Shown one piece after another: positions 24,205-35,630 of a stretch of DNA of 64,000 nucleotides. The notes below the pieces were generated by a model, which saw nothing but the letters and a program-made list of their open reading frames with translations, ran no database searches and was not told the DNA's origin. Positions within the stretch are counted from its first letter, which is position 1. Every line of letters starts with the position of its first letter. Source of the DNA: an uncultured Eggerthellaceae bacterium (lineage in GTDB: Bacteria; Actinomycetota; Coriobacteriia; Coriobacteriales; Eggerthellaceae); the NCBI GenBank assembly GCA_910580205.1, contig CAJTVP010000004.1, positions 1,519-65,518 of the forward strand. Direction: 5' to 3'. A program made the position numbers and the translations under genes.

Positions 24205-25200
24205 ATGGCGAAACAACCCGAAAAAGCCCTGCTGGCAGCCTACTTGGTGGTGGGCGATGACGCGCTCAAGAAAGAAGCGGTCATCAAGCGGATGCGCATC
24301 CGCTTGGAGAAGCTGGGAGACCTCTCCTTCAACTCAGATGCCTTCGACGGCGAATCCGCGTCCGGCGAAGAGATCGTTTCCGCTTGCACCACCATCCCGT
24401 TCGCCAGCGAGAAGCGCCTGGTCATGGTCTCCAATGCGGAGAAGCTGAAGAAGTCGGATGCGGATGAGGTCATCGCGTACCTCAAAGAGCCGCTGGATTC
24501 CACGGTGCTCCTCCTCATCGCCACCAAGCTGGCGCGCAACACGCGCCTGTACAAGGCGGTGGCATCTCTTGGCAGCACGGCGATCATCGACTGCGCGCGC
24601 CCGAAGCGCAACGAGATGTCGGGGCTGGTCAAGAGCATGGCTCAGAAACATCAGCTCACGCTCACCGAAGGGGCCGCACGGGCCCTTGTGGAGCTGCTGG
24701 GTGAGGACACGGTCCGTCTGGATGGAGAGCTGGCGAAGCTGGCGCTTTCCCAAGATGCGGGTGCGGTCATCGAGGAGTCCCAGATCCGGTCCGTGGTCTT
24801 CCGCGAAGCGGAGGCGAAGCCATGGGATCTGACCGATGCGCTGGGCGCGCGCGATGTGAAGAAAGCCATCTCTGTGCTCTCACGGATGCCGAGCGCCTCT
24901 CCCTATTCGCTCCTGGGAACGTGCGTCTCTCGGATCCGGGAGCTGATCTGCGTGAAAGCCGTCAGCTCACGGAGCGGCGGCGCGCAGGCGCTGGCCGGGG
25001 AGCTGGGCCAACCTGAGTGGCGCGTGCGCAATCTGTCAACTTGGGCGCGCAACTATTCAGAGCCGGAGCTTGAGCGCGCTCTTGAGGATGCTCTTTTCTG
25101 CGAGAAGAACATGAAAAGCGGCACCGATCCCGATGCCGCTTTTCGAACATGGTTGCTCTCGGTGCTCCGCCCTTCGAGCGGCGCAGGGAAGCGGGGTTGA
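24205..25200 (+). CDS. holA: DNA polymerase III delta subunit
   Basis: MAKQPEKALLAAYLVVGDDALKKE start at ATG 24205. Conserved comEC-holA-rpsT neighbourhood. Confidence 0.8.
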   Translation: MAKQPEKALLAAYLVVGDDALKKEAVIKRMRIRLEKLGDLSFNSDAFDGESASGEEIVSACTTIPFASEKRLVMVSNAEKLKKSDADEVIAYLKEPLDSTVLLLIATKLARNTRLYKAVASLGSTAIIDCARPKRNEMSGLVKSMAQKHQLTLTEGAARALVELLGEDTVRLDGELAKLALSQDAGAVIEESQIRSVVFREAEAKPWDLTDALGARDVKKAISVLSRMPSASPYSLLGTCVSRIRELICVKAVSSRSGGAQALAGELGQPEWRVRNLSTWARNYSEPELERALEDALFCEKNMKSGTDPDAAFRTWLLSVLRPSSGAGKRG

Positions 25201-25225
25201 ACGCCATCCGCTTCCGCCTGAGCGA

Positions 25226-25798
25226 TCATTCAGATTCAGGCTGAGCCGCTTCGTCGTCAGCTTGGGCCTCTTCTGCGGTCTCAGCGTCCAGCTCCTGAGC
25301 CTCCTCTTCGGCAGCAGCGGCTTCCGCCTCAGCCTTGGCAGCTTCTTCGGCTTCCTTGGCTTTGCGGGCGTTCGCCTTCTCTTCCAGCTTCTTCTGGGCT
25401 TCGCGGCGCTTGTCCTTCTCCGCCTCAGCGGCCTTCATGGCAGCCCCGCGCGCTTCCTTCGCGGCCTTCTTCTTGTTGTTGCCGGCAGCGGGAGCCTTGT
25501 GCTCAGGGGCCTTGTAGTCCTTGCGGTCCTGCTCGGTGACGACCGTGTTCGCCAGCTTCATGATGCCGCTCTTGCGGTTGGCAGCCTGGTTCTTCTTGAT
25601 GACGCCCTTGGTCACAGCCTTGTCCATCAGGCGGCATGCAGCGCAGGCAGCGGCGAACGCCTCTTTGCCATCGCCTGCTTCAACAGCGGCGCGCACGCGC
25701 TTGGTGGCCGTCTTGAGCTCGCTTTTGATGGCGCGGTTGCGCATGCGGCGCTTCTCGTTGGTGATGATGCGCTTCTTCTGTGATTTGATGTTAGCCAT
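25226..25798 (-). CDS. rpsT: 30S ribosomal protein S20 with long charged C-terminal extension
   Basis: MANIKSQKKRIITNEKRRMRNR... S20 core (about 87 aa) followed by about 100 aa of K/E/A-rich sequence. Start ATG rc at 25796-25798. Confidence 0.9.
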   Translation of the reverse strand: MANIKSQKKRIITNEKRRMRNRAIKSELKTATKRVRAAVEAGDGKEAFAAACAACRLMDKAVTKGVIKKNQAANRKSGIMKLANTVVTEQDRKDYKAPEHKAPAAGNNKKKAAKEARGAAMKAAEAEKDKRREAQKKLEEKANARKAKEAEEAAKAEAEAAAAEEEAQELDAETAEEAQADDEAAQPESE

Positions 25799-26144
25799 GC
25801 TCGTCAGTGCCTTTCTTCCTCTTTTGCATTCCTTCGCGCACAAGCGGCGCTGATGCGGAGATGCGCGGTCTGCGGACGGGGCTTTGAGGGGAGGAAGGCG
25901 ACGGGATATGAGGACAAGGAGACTTGATGGGCCAAAAGGGCCTCATCCCTGGCATCCTCTGGATTTTCAGATGCCCGCCTTCATCCTCAAAGGCCGTCGC
26001 GCAACAGCTTGATCCCTCATGCAGCCATGTCTGCGGACTGCGCATGCGCGCATGCTGTCGCTCGAACGCTGATGCGTTAGAATAGCGCATCGCACTTGCT
26101 TTGTCATCAAGAAAGTTCACCGGTCCATTCGATGTGAGGAGCCC

Positions 26145-27950
<1,806 letters not shown>

Positions 27951-28013
27951 GGGCGTGGCATCCATGGGGGATGCAGCTTCCATGTTGTGACATGACGTTC
28001 GAAACTTGCTATC

Positions 28014-28217
28014 ATGAGCTCCATGAAGAAGGACACCAAAGACTACGACTGGCTTGAAGATCCCTTCAATGAGGACAAGCAAGCAGAAGAGATGCTCCGC
28101 GCTCAACGGACGCGCAACATCGGCTGCATAGCCGTGGCTCTCGTGGTCATCATCCTCTTCTTCGCGTTCATCATCGGCGGTTTCGTGCTCTTCGGCGCCA
28201 TGAGCGCGAGCCTTTAG
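28014..28217 (+). CDS. Small hypothetical membrane protein
   Basis: 67-aa ORF with an acidic N-half and one clear TM helix (IGCIAVALVVIILFFAFIIGGFVLFGA). No family recognised. Confidence 0.4.
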   Translation: MSSMKKDTKDYDWLEDPFNEDKQAEEMLRAQRTRNIGCIAVALVVIILFFAFIIGGFVLFGAMSASL

Positions 28218-28235
28218 AGCGCATCTGGTCCGTCC

Positions 28236-29204
28236 GTGCCGTATCCGCAAGACGCGCGTCTCATCCTGGCTCCCATGGCTGGCGTCACCGACTTGGTGTT
28301 CCGGCATCTGTGCGAAGAGCAGGGCGCGGATCTCACCTTCACGGAGATGGTGTCGGCCCAAGGGCTCTCTTTCGCGAACGAGAAGACCCAGCATCTGACC
28401 GATGTGCTGCCAGGCACGGAGCGCGTCGGCGTGCAGCTGTTCGGCCACGACCCGGAGACCATGGCCTCCATGGCGGCCCAGACCGAACGGGAGATGGGGG
28501 ATGTGCTCGCGGTCATCGATCTCAACATGGGATGCCCCGCCCGCAAGATCGTGCGGAAAGGGGACGGCAGCGCGCTCATGAACGAACCGGATCTGGCCGC
28601 GCGCATCGTGGAGAGCGTGAAGCGCGTGGTGAGCGTTCCCGTCACGGTCAAGCTCCGGCGCGGGTGGAGCCAGGAGGCAGGGGAGACGGCGCCGACGTTC
28701 GCGCAGGCTTTGGAGCGCGCGGGCGCGGATGCGGTCACCGTTCACGGGCGGTTCGCCATGCAATACTACCAAGGGCGTTCTGACATCGGGTGCATCGCGC
28801 GCGTGAAAGAGGCGGTGAGCATCCCGGTCATCGGCAACGGGGACATCGTCACGGGTGAAGATGCGCTCTTCATGCTGGAAGAGACATCCTGTGACGCTCT
28901 CATGATCGGGCGCGCAGCCGAGGGCAACCCATGGGTGTTCGCCCAGATCAGCGCCGCTCTCAAAGGTGATGCTGCGCCTGTGAGCCCCATCCCGCTGGAT
29001 GCTCGCATCAAGATGGCCACCCGTCACATCGAAGAGCTGCTGGTCCTGCGGCCGAACGCCGCTCCGTATCTGCGCAAGCACGCCATGTGGTACATCAAGG
29101 GAGCGCCAGGCGCTGCGGCGGCCCGCGGCCGTTTGGCCCATTGCTCTACCGCTGAAGATTTCCGTGAGGTCTTCGCCGCGCTCCAAGATCACGCGGCCGC
29201 CTGA
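28236..29204 (+). CDS. dus: tRNA-dihydrouridine synthase
   Basis: LAPMAGVTD and DLNMGCP motifs. GTG start. Confidence 0.9.
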   Translation: MPYPQDARLILAPMAGVTDLVFRHLCEEQGADLTFTEMVSAQGLSFANEKTQHLTDVLPGTERVGVQLFGHDPETMASMAAQTEREMGDVLAVIDLNMGCPARKIVRKGDGSALMNEPDLAARIVESVKRVVSVPVTVKLRRGWSQEAGETAPTFAQALERAGADAVTVHGRFAMQYYQGRSDIGCIARVKEAVSIPVIGNGDIVTGEDALFMLEETSCDALMIGRAAEGNPWVFAQISAALKGDAAPVSPIPLDARIKMATRHIEELLVLRPNAAPYLRKHAMWYIKGAPGAAAARGRLAHCSTAEDFREVFAALQDHAAA

Positions 29205-29269
29205 TCGCGCCCACGGTATCCTGACAAGCAACGCGCTCGTTCCGTCACCGACAGAGGAAAGGGGCTTCC

Positions 29270-30376
29270 GTGCCGCACGATCCTTACCAAGCGCTCTATC
29301 TCCACATCCCGTTCTGCGCTTCGAAGTGCGCCTACTGCGATTTCGATTCAGCGGCCTATGCGAAAGACGCCCCTTACATGGCCGAATACACCGAGGGCCT
29401 CATCCGGGACATCCGCCGTCTCGCGAAAGAAGGGGAGCTTTCCCAGATCAAGACCATCTATCTGGGCGGCGGCACGCCCACCCATCTGGGTTCGAAGAAC
29501 CTCTCCGCTCTCCTCTATGCCTTGAGCGTGTCCATCTCCTTGGAAGGGGTGGAGGAGTTCACCGTCGAAGCCAACCCTGAGAGCCTCACGCTCCCGCTGG
29601 TCAAGGACATGTGGGCCCTGGGCGTGAACCGGCTTTCTTTGGGCGTGCAGACCTTCGATGACGGCCTTCTGAGAGCCATCGGCCGCATCCACAGCGCCGA
29701 CGACGCTCTGCGCGCCATCGCATGCGCCCAAGAGCGGTTCCAGAACGTGAGCGTGGATCTGATGTGCGGCCTTCCTGGCCAGACGCTCCAAGAGTCCGCC
29801 GAAGACGTTTCGGTGGCATTGAGCGCGGGCATCGCTCACGTGAGCATCTATCCGCTCACCCTTGAGAAGGGAACGCCCCTCTATCGTCGCCGCCGGAAGC
29901 TGGAGCTGCCGGATGAAGATGCGCAAGCTGACATGATGGAGCAGGCGGAGACGCTGCTCACGGACGGCGGTTTCGAGCGTTATGAGGTGGCGAGCTATGC
30001 CAAGCCGGGGTTCTCGAGCAAGCACAACCACATCTATTGGAGCGGAAAGCCCTATCTGGGTCTTGGCCGCTCCGCCGTCACCATGACCCAAGACGGCACG
30101 CGACGCGTTCGCGTTCGCGATGGGCGCGTGGAGGAAGAGCTGGACGCGCGCCAGATGGCCGCCGAAGATGCCATGCTGGCCATGCGCACGACCGAAGGCC
30201 TGTCGAAGGAGCGGGCCGCGCGCTTCGCCGATCTTCTGCCTGGCCTGCCGGATGTCCTTCGCCAGCTGGAAGAGGAAGGGCTCATCCGGGAAATTGCGGA
30301 TGCGTGGCAGCCAACGCATCAAGGCTGGATGTTGGGCAACGAGCTCTTCGGAGAACTTCTGTCCTTGGCACCTTGA
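29270..30376 (+). CDS. hemW: Radical SAM heme chaperone HemW (coproporphyrinogen III oxidase-like)
   Basis: LYLHIPFCASKCAYCDF CxxxCxxC motif. Conserved lepA-hemW-hrcA neighbourhood. Confidence 0.85.
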   Translation: MPHDPYQALYLHIPFCASKCAYCDFDSAAYAKDAPYMAEYTEGLIRDIRRLAKEGELSQIKTIYLGGGTPTHLGSKNLSALLYALSVSISLEGVEEFTVEANPESLTLPLVKDMWALGVNRLSLGVQTFDDGLLRAIGRIHSADDALRAIACAQERFQNVSVDLMCGLPGQTLQESAEDVSVALSAGIAHVSIYPLTLEKGTPLYRRRRKLELPDEDAQADMMEQAETLLTDGGFERYEVASYAKPGFSSKHNHIYWSGKPYLGLGRSAVTMTQDGTRRVRVRDGRVEEELDARQMAAEDAMLAMRTTEGLSKERAARFADLLPGLPDVLRQLEEEGLIREIADAWQPTHQGWMLGNELFGELLSLAP

Positions 30377-30379
30377 AAG

Positions 30380-30406
30380 TTAGCACTCCATCTCGTAGAC
30401 TGCTAA
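30380..30406 (+). promoter_or_regulatory. CIRCE operator (HrcA binding site)
   Basis: TTAGCACTC-N9-GACTGCTAA, one mismatch to TTAGCACTC-N9-GAGTGCTAA. Lies 31 nt upstream of the hrcA start. Confidence 0.75.
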
Positions 30407-30436
30407 CGAAACGGACGGGAACGAAGGACGGCTGAG

Positions 30437-31177
30437 GTGCTCTCAGACAGACGCCAGCAGATACTCTGCGCGCTCATAGAGGAATACGTGGCGCACGCGT
30501 GCCCGGTGGGATCGCGCACCATCGCCGAGAACCATCATCTTGGCGTGAGCTCGGCGACCATCCGCAATGAGCTTTCGGCCCTGGAGGAGGCCGGCTACAT
30601 CACGCAGCCGCACACCTCCGCTGGGCGCATCCCCACGGATGCCGGCTATCGGCAGTTCGTGGATGAGCTTCTGGATGAGCGCGAACTGGCTGGAAGCGCC
30701 ATCGAAGAATCCTTGGCGGCTCAATTGCGAGAGCGCGCGGACAAGCTGGATGAGCTCATGCACCGCACCTCTGAGGAGCTGGCGCGCCTGACGGAATGCC
30801 TCTCCATCGTGGGATATCTGGATGATGGGCAGGGGTCTGGGAAGCTCGCGCATCAGCAACGGCTGGGGCTTTCCTCGCTCATGAGGAAACCTGAATTCAA
30901 GAACACCTCCTCTCTGCTCCCGCTCATGGAGATCCTGGAGAACGACACCGTCTCCTTCAAGACCTTCGATGAGGCTGCCCGCTCTCAAGACGGTTTCGCC
31001 GTGTGCATCGGCCGCGAAAACGGGGAAGAGGCGCTCATGGGCATCTCCGTGGTGGCGGGTGTGTACGACCTGGGCGCCTCCCAGGGGATCGTGGCCATCA
31101 TCGGGCCCACGCGCATGGATTACACGCGCACCATCAGCGCTGTGCGCGCAGCGCAAGACATACTCAATGAAAGATAA
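30437..31177 (+). CDS. hrcA: Heat-inducible transcription repressor HrcA (short form, 246 aa)
   Basis: N-terminal wHTH (SRTIAENHHLGVSSATIRNELSALEEAGYITQPHTSAGRIPT) and C-terminal IIGPTRMDY motif. Confidence 0.85.
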   Translation: MLSDRRQQILCALIEEYVAHACPVGSRTIAENHHLGVSSATIRNELSALEEAGYITQPHTSAGRIPTDAGYRQFVDELLDERELAGSAIEESLAAQLRERADKLDELMHRTSEELARLTECLSIVGYLDDGQGSGKLAHQQRLGLSSLMRKPEFKNTSSLLPLMEILENDTVSFKTFDEAARSQDGFAVCIGRENGEEALMGISVVAGVYDLGASQGIVAIIGPTRMDYTRTISAVRAAQDILNER

Positions 31178-31194
31178 GGAGATCGTGAATCGCC

Positions 31195-32316
31195 ATGGCG
31201 TCAGTTGCTGAGAAGGATCTGTATGAGATCTTGGGCGTGAGCAGGGATGCGTCTGAGGCGGACATCAAGCGGGCGTTCCGCCATCGGGCGCGCGAGCTGC
31301 ATCCGGATGTCAACAAATCCCCCAACGCCGAGGAGGAGTTCAAAGAGCTCAACGAAGCCTACGACGTGCTCTCTGATGCCAACAAGCGTGCGCAGTACGA
31401 CCGCTTCGGCACCATCCCCGGTGCGGCGGGAAGCGGTCCGGGCTATGTGGATTTCGAAGACATCTTCAGCGGCTTCGGCGGCATGGGGGACATCTTCTCC
31501 TCATTCTTCGGCGGCAACGCGCGCCAAGCGCAAATGCGCCGGGACGGCCGGGATATGGGGATCGGGCTCACCATATCGCTTGAGGATGCGGCGGCGGGGG
31601 CCTCCAAGGAGATCGTGTACGATCGTCTGGCCCCGTGCCCTGATTGCGACGGTTCGGGCATCGGCGAAGGTGGCGCGGAGGAGACGTGCTCCCAGTGCAA
31701 CGGGACGGGGCATGTGACCAGCGTCCAGCGCACGTTCTTCGGCGACATGCAATCCACCTCGGTCTGCCCCCAGTGCGAAGGCACGGGCAAGCAGGTCACG
31801 GGCGCATGCGATGAATGTCAAGGGCAAGGGCGCGTGCCTGATCGCCAGAAGGTGTCCGTGGATGTGCCCGCGGGTATCCGCGACGGCCAGCAGATGCGCG
31901 TGCCGGATCTGGGTGAGGCGGGCTTGCGCGGCGCGGCCACCGGCGACCTGATCGTGACCGTCCGCATCAAGCCGGATGAGCACTTCGAGCGCGACGGCGA
32001 TGATCTGCATGTGATGATCTCGCTTTCCATGGTGAAAGCGGCGCTCGGCGCGCGCGTGCAGGTGCCGGGCATCATGGAGGGTGAGCAGGTGGAGGTGAAT
32101 ATCCCCGCAGGCACGCAAATGGGAGACGTCATCAAGGTGAAGGGCAAGGGCATGCCGCGTTTGCGCTCTTCGGCCCGCGGCAACCTCATGGTCCACGTTG
32201 ACATCAAGATGCCGAAGAAGCTCAACAAGAAGGAGCGGCAGATCTTGGAGAAGTTCGCCCTTGAGACGGGGGATGAGCTCAAGGGCTCAGAAGCCCCGCT
32301 TGAGAAGCTCCACTGA
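31195..32316 (+). CDS. dnaJ: Molecular chaperone DnaJ
   Basis: J-domain HPD, G/F region, four CxxCxGxG zinc repeats. Confidence 0.95.
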   Translation: MASVAEKDLYEILGVSRDASEADIKRAFRHRARELHPDVNKSPNAEEEFKELNEAYDVLSDANKRAQYDRFGTIPGAAGSGPGYVDFEDIFSGFGGMGDIFSSFFGGNARQAQMRRDGRDMGIGLTISLEDAAAGASKEIVYDRLAPCPDCDGSGIGEGGAEETCSQCNGTGHVTSVQRTFFGDMQSTSVCPQCEGTGKQVTGACDECQGQGRVPDRQKVSVDVPAGIRDGQQMRVPDLGEAGLRGAATGDLIVTVRIKPDEHFERDGDDLHVMISLSMVKAALGARVQVPGIMEGEQVEVNIPAGTQMGDVIKVKGKGMPRLRSSARGNLMVHVDIKMPKKLNKKERQILEKFALETGDELKGSEAPLEKLH

Positions 32317-32333
32317 GCCCGGAAGGCCGATAG

Positions 32334-33110
32334 GTGTCCCTCCATCATCTTTTCTTGGATGGCCAGATCCTCGCCGAAGAGGATGAACCGGTCTTTCCGC
32401 TTTCGTTCTCTGAGGCCGATCTCAACCACGTGCGCGCGTTGCGCTTGACGCCGGGCGAGCACATCGCGGTCGTCGATGGAGCGACGGATTATTTCGAATG
32501 CGAAGTGGTGTCCGTGGATAAAGATAGCATCTCCGTGCGGATCGCCAGCAAGCTTGAGAAGCTGATCCCGCCTGCTCGCTTCACGCTCATCCAGGGCCTT
32601 GCGAAAGGGGATAAGGTGGATGCCGTCGTGCGCGCGGCCACAGAGATGGGCGCATCCGCGATCCAGGTGGCGGCGTTTCAGCGGTCCGTGGTGCGGCTGG
32701 ATGCGAAGAAAGCCCTTGCGCGCCAGAAGCGGTGGCAGGCGGTCGCGCGGTCAGCGGCGCTCCAGTCCGGCTGCCTTGAGGTGCCTGCTGTGGGTTTCGC
32801 ACGGGACATCCCCTCTCTTCTGGAGATGGTATCGGAGATGGACTGCGTCGTGGTCTTTTGGGAAGAGGCGTCTCCGGATCAGACGCTCCATGAGGCGCTC
32901 GCCCCTGCACGGGAAGTCATGGAGGAAGGGCGCATGCCCATGGTCGGTCTCATCGTGGGACCAGAGGGCGGCATCGCTCCTGCTGAGGTGGAGGCGCTGC
33001 GCGCCCTGCCTCAGGTCCGCTGCGCCAGCTTGGGACGCCATATCCTCCGGACGGAGACGGCGGGCATCGTGGCGTGCGGCCTCGCCTCCTATGAGCTGGG
33101 CTGCCTGTGA
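32334..33110 (+). CDS. rsmE: 16S rRNA (uracil1498-N3)-methyltransferase
   Basis: PUA-like N-terminus and SPOUT C-terminus with IVGPEGGIAPAE. GTG start. Confidence 0.85.
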   Translation: MSLHHLFLDGQILAEEDEPVFPLSFSEADLNHVRALRLTPGEHIAVVDGATDYFECEVVSVDKDSISVRIASKLEKLIPPARFTLIQGLAKGDKVDAVVRAATEMGASAIQVAAFQRSVVRLDAKKALARQKRWQAVARSAALQSGCLEVPAVGFARDIPSLLEMVSEMDCVVVFWEEASPDQTLHEALAPAREVMEEGRMPMVGLIVGPEGGIAPAEVEALRALPQVRCASLGRHILRTETAGIVACGLASYELGCL

Positions 33111-34336
33111 ATGCGCGCGGCGCGTACCGGATCGTGAATCTGGGGTGCAAGGTCAACCGCGTTGAATCCGACGCTGTGGAAGCTGCGTTCGTCCGGGCGG
33201 GATTCGCCGTTGCTGAAGAGGGCCATGCTGACATCGTCGTCGTGAACACATGCACGGTCACCGGCGAGGCGGAGAAGAAGACGCGCAAAGCGGTTCATCG
33301 CGTCGTGCGGGATGAGCCCACAGCGCAGATCATCGTGACGGGCTGCTCTGTCGCCATCCACCCTGAGGAGTACCGCATCGGCGAAGACCGCATCCGCATC
33401 GTTCCCAAAGCTGAGCTGTTCTCTGCGGTGCGCGAGCTGTGCGAAGGTGCACGGGAGGAGCACGTCTCAGGCGAATCTGCGACAGCTGTTCCAAGAGCGG
33501 CGATGCGCCGTGGCGTCAAAGTGCAGGATGGGTGCGATCGGACATGCACGTACTGCATCGTGCACGTGGCCCGTGGCCCCGCGTCAAGCGTTCCCGCTGA
33601 CAAGGTGATCGAAGAATGCCGCGCTCTCATGGATGTGGGCATCCCGGAGGTGGTGCTCACAGGCATCAATCTGGGAGCGTACCAGGATGGTGGAACGGAT
33701 TTGGCGCTGCTGCTCCGCCGTCTTCTCAAGGAGCTTGAATTGGAGAAGAGAAGGAGCCGGTTGCGGCTTTCCAGCATCGAGCCGCAGGACGTGGCCGATG
33801 AGCTCATCTCCGTGATCGCCTCTGCGGAAGGGTCCATCTGCCGCCATCTCCACCTGCCGCTCCAATCAGGTTCTTCCAAAGTGCTCCGTGAGATGGATCG
33901 CGGCTATGATGCCGAAGGCTTCGCGGATGTGGTGCAGCGCCTTCGCACGGCTATCCCTATGGTGAGCCTGTCCACGGATATCATCGCAGGATTTCCAGGT
34001 GAGACCGATGAGGATTTCGAGGAGACCTATGAGCTGTGCCGTCAATCGCGTTTCATGAAGCTCCACGTGTTCCCGTATTCGATGCGTGTTGGCACGCCTG
34101 CAGCTGCGCGGGAGGACCAGGTTCCTGCTGCTGTGAAAGCAGAACGCGCAGCCCGCTTGCGCGCGCTTTCAGATGAGCTTTGCTTGGAGGACCTGGCGTT
34201 CCGCGCGGGGACGGAGGAGGTCGCCGTGGTGGAGTCCGCCCGCGTCGCCCGAACGGAGAGCTACCACGTTCTCACACCTCCTGCTGGTGCCTCCATAGGC
34301 GCTCTCATCCCCGTGCGCTTTTCGACAACCCGATGA
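33107..34336 (+). CDS. mtaB: tRNA methylthiotransferase (MtaB-like radical SAM, UPF0004 + TRAM)
   Basis: VVNTCTVT N-domain Cys and CDRTCTYC radical SAM motif. Position after rsmE matches the Bacillus yqeU-yqeV arrangement. Confidence 0.8.
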   Translation: MNARGAYRIVNLGCKVNRVESDAVEAAFVRAGFAVAEEGHADIVVVNTCTVTGEAEKKTRKAVHRVVRDEPTAQIIVTGCSVAIHPEEYRIGEDRIRIVPKAELFSAVRELCEGAREEHVSGESATAVPRAAMRRGVKVQDGCDRTCTYCIVHVARGPASSVPADKVIEECRALMDVGIPEVVLTGINLGAYQDGGTDLALLLRRLLKELELEKRRSRLRLSSIEPQDVADELISVIASAEGSICRHLHLPLQSGSSKVLREMDRGYDAEGFADVVQRLRTAIPMVSLSTDIIAGFPGETDEDFEETYELCRQSRFMKLHVFPYSMRVGTPAAAREDQVPAAVKAERAARLRALSDELCLEDLAFRAGTEEVAVVESARVARTESYHVLTPPAGASIGALIPVRFSTTR

Positions 34337-34648
34337 TCTCGCCGCGATTATGCGCGCCGGTTAATCTGTCCGTTCTGCGTTCGTGTGCCGGCGCCTAACT
34401 ACACGCGGTGCTTCTCCAACATCCGCAACGTTGCCAAACGGCTGATGCGCAGGATGCTCCTTCTGTTCGCACGGTTGACCATCGGCGCCCATTGGGCGCG
34501 CTACGAGGTTTCCCCTGGATCAAAAACAAACCGGGCGTCGTAGCGCGGGCATTGCCCGCCAACGGGGGTGATGCGCACACGGATGCTGGGTATGCGCATC
34601 CGCCGCTTGGGAATGTTTCTTTTTTTGGAGGTGCCGTCGTTGCGGCAC

Positions 34649-35299
34649 TCAGTTCTCGCTTTGTGCCACAGGGATGCGGATCACCGTCTTCAACCGGTCT
34701 GGCGCCACGCGCCTTGGGTCTGACAGGTAGATCTCATGGTGGAGCCGTTTCGGCCCCATATCGAAGCGATACCCTTCTCCTTCGGCATAAGACCGCATGG
34801 TTTCGATGGTCGCGGGCTCGTCATCATAGGATCCGATGTGCATGGTCTGGACGCATAAGCCTTCGTCAACGGTGAGCATCTCGGCAGGGGAGGGGTCCAG
34901 CCCCTTTTTGCGAGCGACTTCTTCTTTGGCCCAGGCGAACACCTCTGGGGTCACGAACTCAGGAAGACGGATGCAGCTGATCCAAGACAGGTCGCTTTTG
35001 CGCCCGTTTCTGATGGCGCTGCTGAACACGTCTTCATCCGGGATATCCCAGAATCCCTCTAAGGGAGGCACGACATAGGCGAAATATCCGGCTAGGTCTT
35101 TACCGGCTTTCGGGGACATCTTGATGGTGTAGGAAAGCCCATAGAGCAAGGTCAGTGCGTGCTGATAGGCCCCGTCTTCCTCGTTGGGATCCCCTTTGCC
35201 GCGCACAGCCACATAGGTGATGGGAGGGACCGTGATGAGCTCAGGCGTCTTCGGCGGTTGATAGAGCTCCTTGCATTCCTTCTTGTAATCGAACGCCAT
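34649..35299 (-). CDS. GyrI-like small-molecule-binding domain protein
   Basis: 216-aa ORF with a duplicated beta-alpha-beta-beta pattern and a typical YVAVRGKGDP...EGFW motif. G+C is slightly below the core genes. Confidence 0.7.
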   Translation of the reverse strand: MAFDYKKECKELYQPPKTPELITVPPITYVAVRGKGDPNEEDGAYQHALTLLYGLSYTIKMSPKAGKDLAGYFAYVVPPLEGFWDIPDEDVFSSAIRNGRKSDLSWISCIRLPEFVTPEVFAWAKEEVARKKGLDPSPAEMLTVDEGLCVQTMHIGSYDDEPATIETMRSYAEGEGYRFDMGPKRLHHEIYLSDPRRVAPDRLKTVIRIPVAQSEN

Positions 35300-35579
35300 G
35301 GAGCATCCTTCCTGAAAAGCTGATTTTAAGATTCTGTACTACCAAGCTTACATCATCAGCTCTCGTTCGGCTTGTATATCGCCATCCATGACGAGAAGAA
35401 AAAAGGAAAGACAATCATCGAACCGGGACTTAGAATGAAAAGTCTGCCAAATGAGGCGATCATAAGAGAGGTTAAGAAGCGGACGTTCTCCGTATCCTCT
35501 GCTGAAAAGCTGCTTTTCATCAACAAATACGGTGAGGTCATTGACATCAAATATGTGTCTCTTTAGTGTCTTTCTTGAT

Positions 35580-35630
35580 AAAGCGCCAGAAAGGTACGTT
35601 AGCTACCTGCTCGGGCGCTTTCTCATTTCT
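35580..35630. terminator. Long imperfect hairpin with T-rich tail (candidate terminator)
   Basis: AAAGCGCCAG..AGGTA-CGTTAGC-TACCT..CGGGCGCTTT followed by CTCATTTCT. The reverse strand also gives TTTAT after the stem. Confidence 0.35.

Noticed and set aside
25133-25783. 216-aa plus-strand ORF opposite rpsT
   Set aside because: Leu/Ser/Phe-rich mirror image of the K/E/A-rich S20 tail. No RBS and no family signal. rpsT on the other strand is unambiguous.
26070-26085. TAGAAT -10-like boxes upstream of lepA (about 26078) and of the AAA+-like gene (about 48043)
   Set aside because: The -35 regions at 17-bp spacing match TTGACA at only about 3 of 6 positions. That is too weak to call promoters from sequence alone.
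34616-34648. T-run followed by hairpin GTGCCG-TCGTTG-CGGCAC abutting the stop of the GyrI-like gene
   Set aside because: The orientation is wrong for an intrinsic terminator on either strand: the U-tract precedes the stem on plus, and an A-tract follows it on minus. The stem is only 6 bp.
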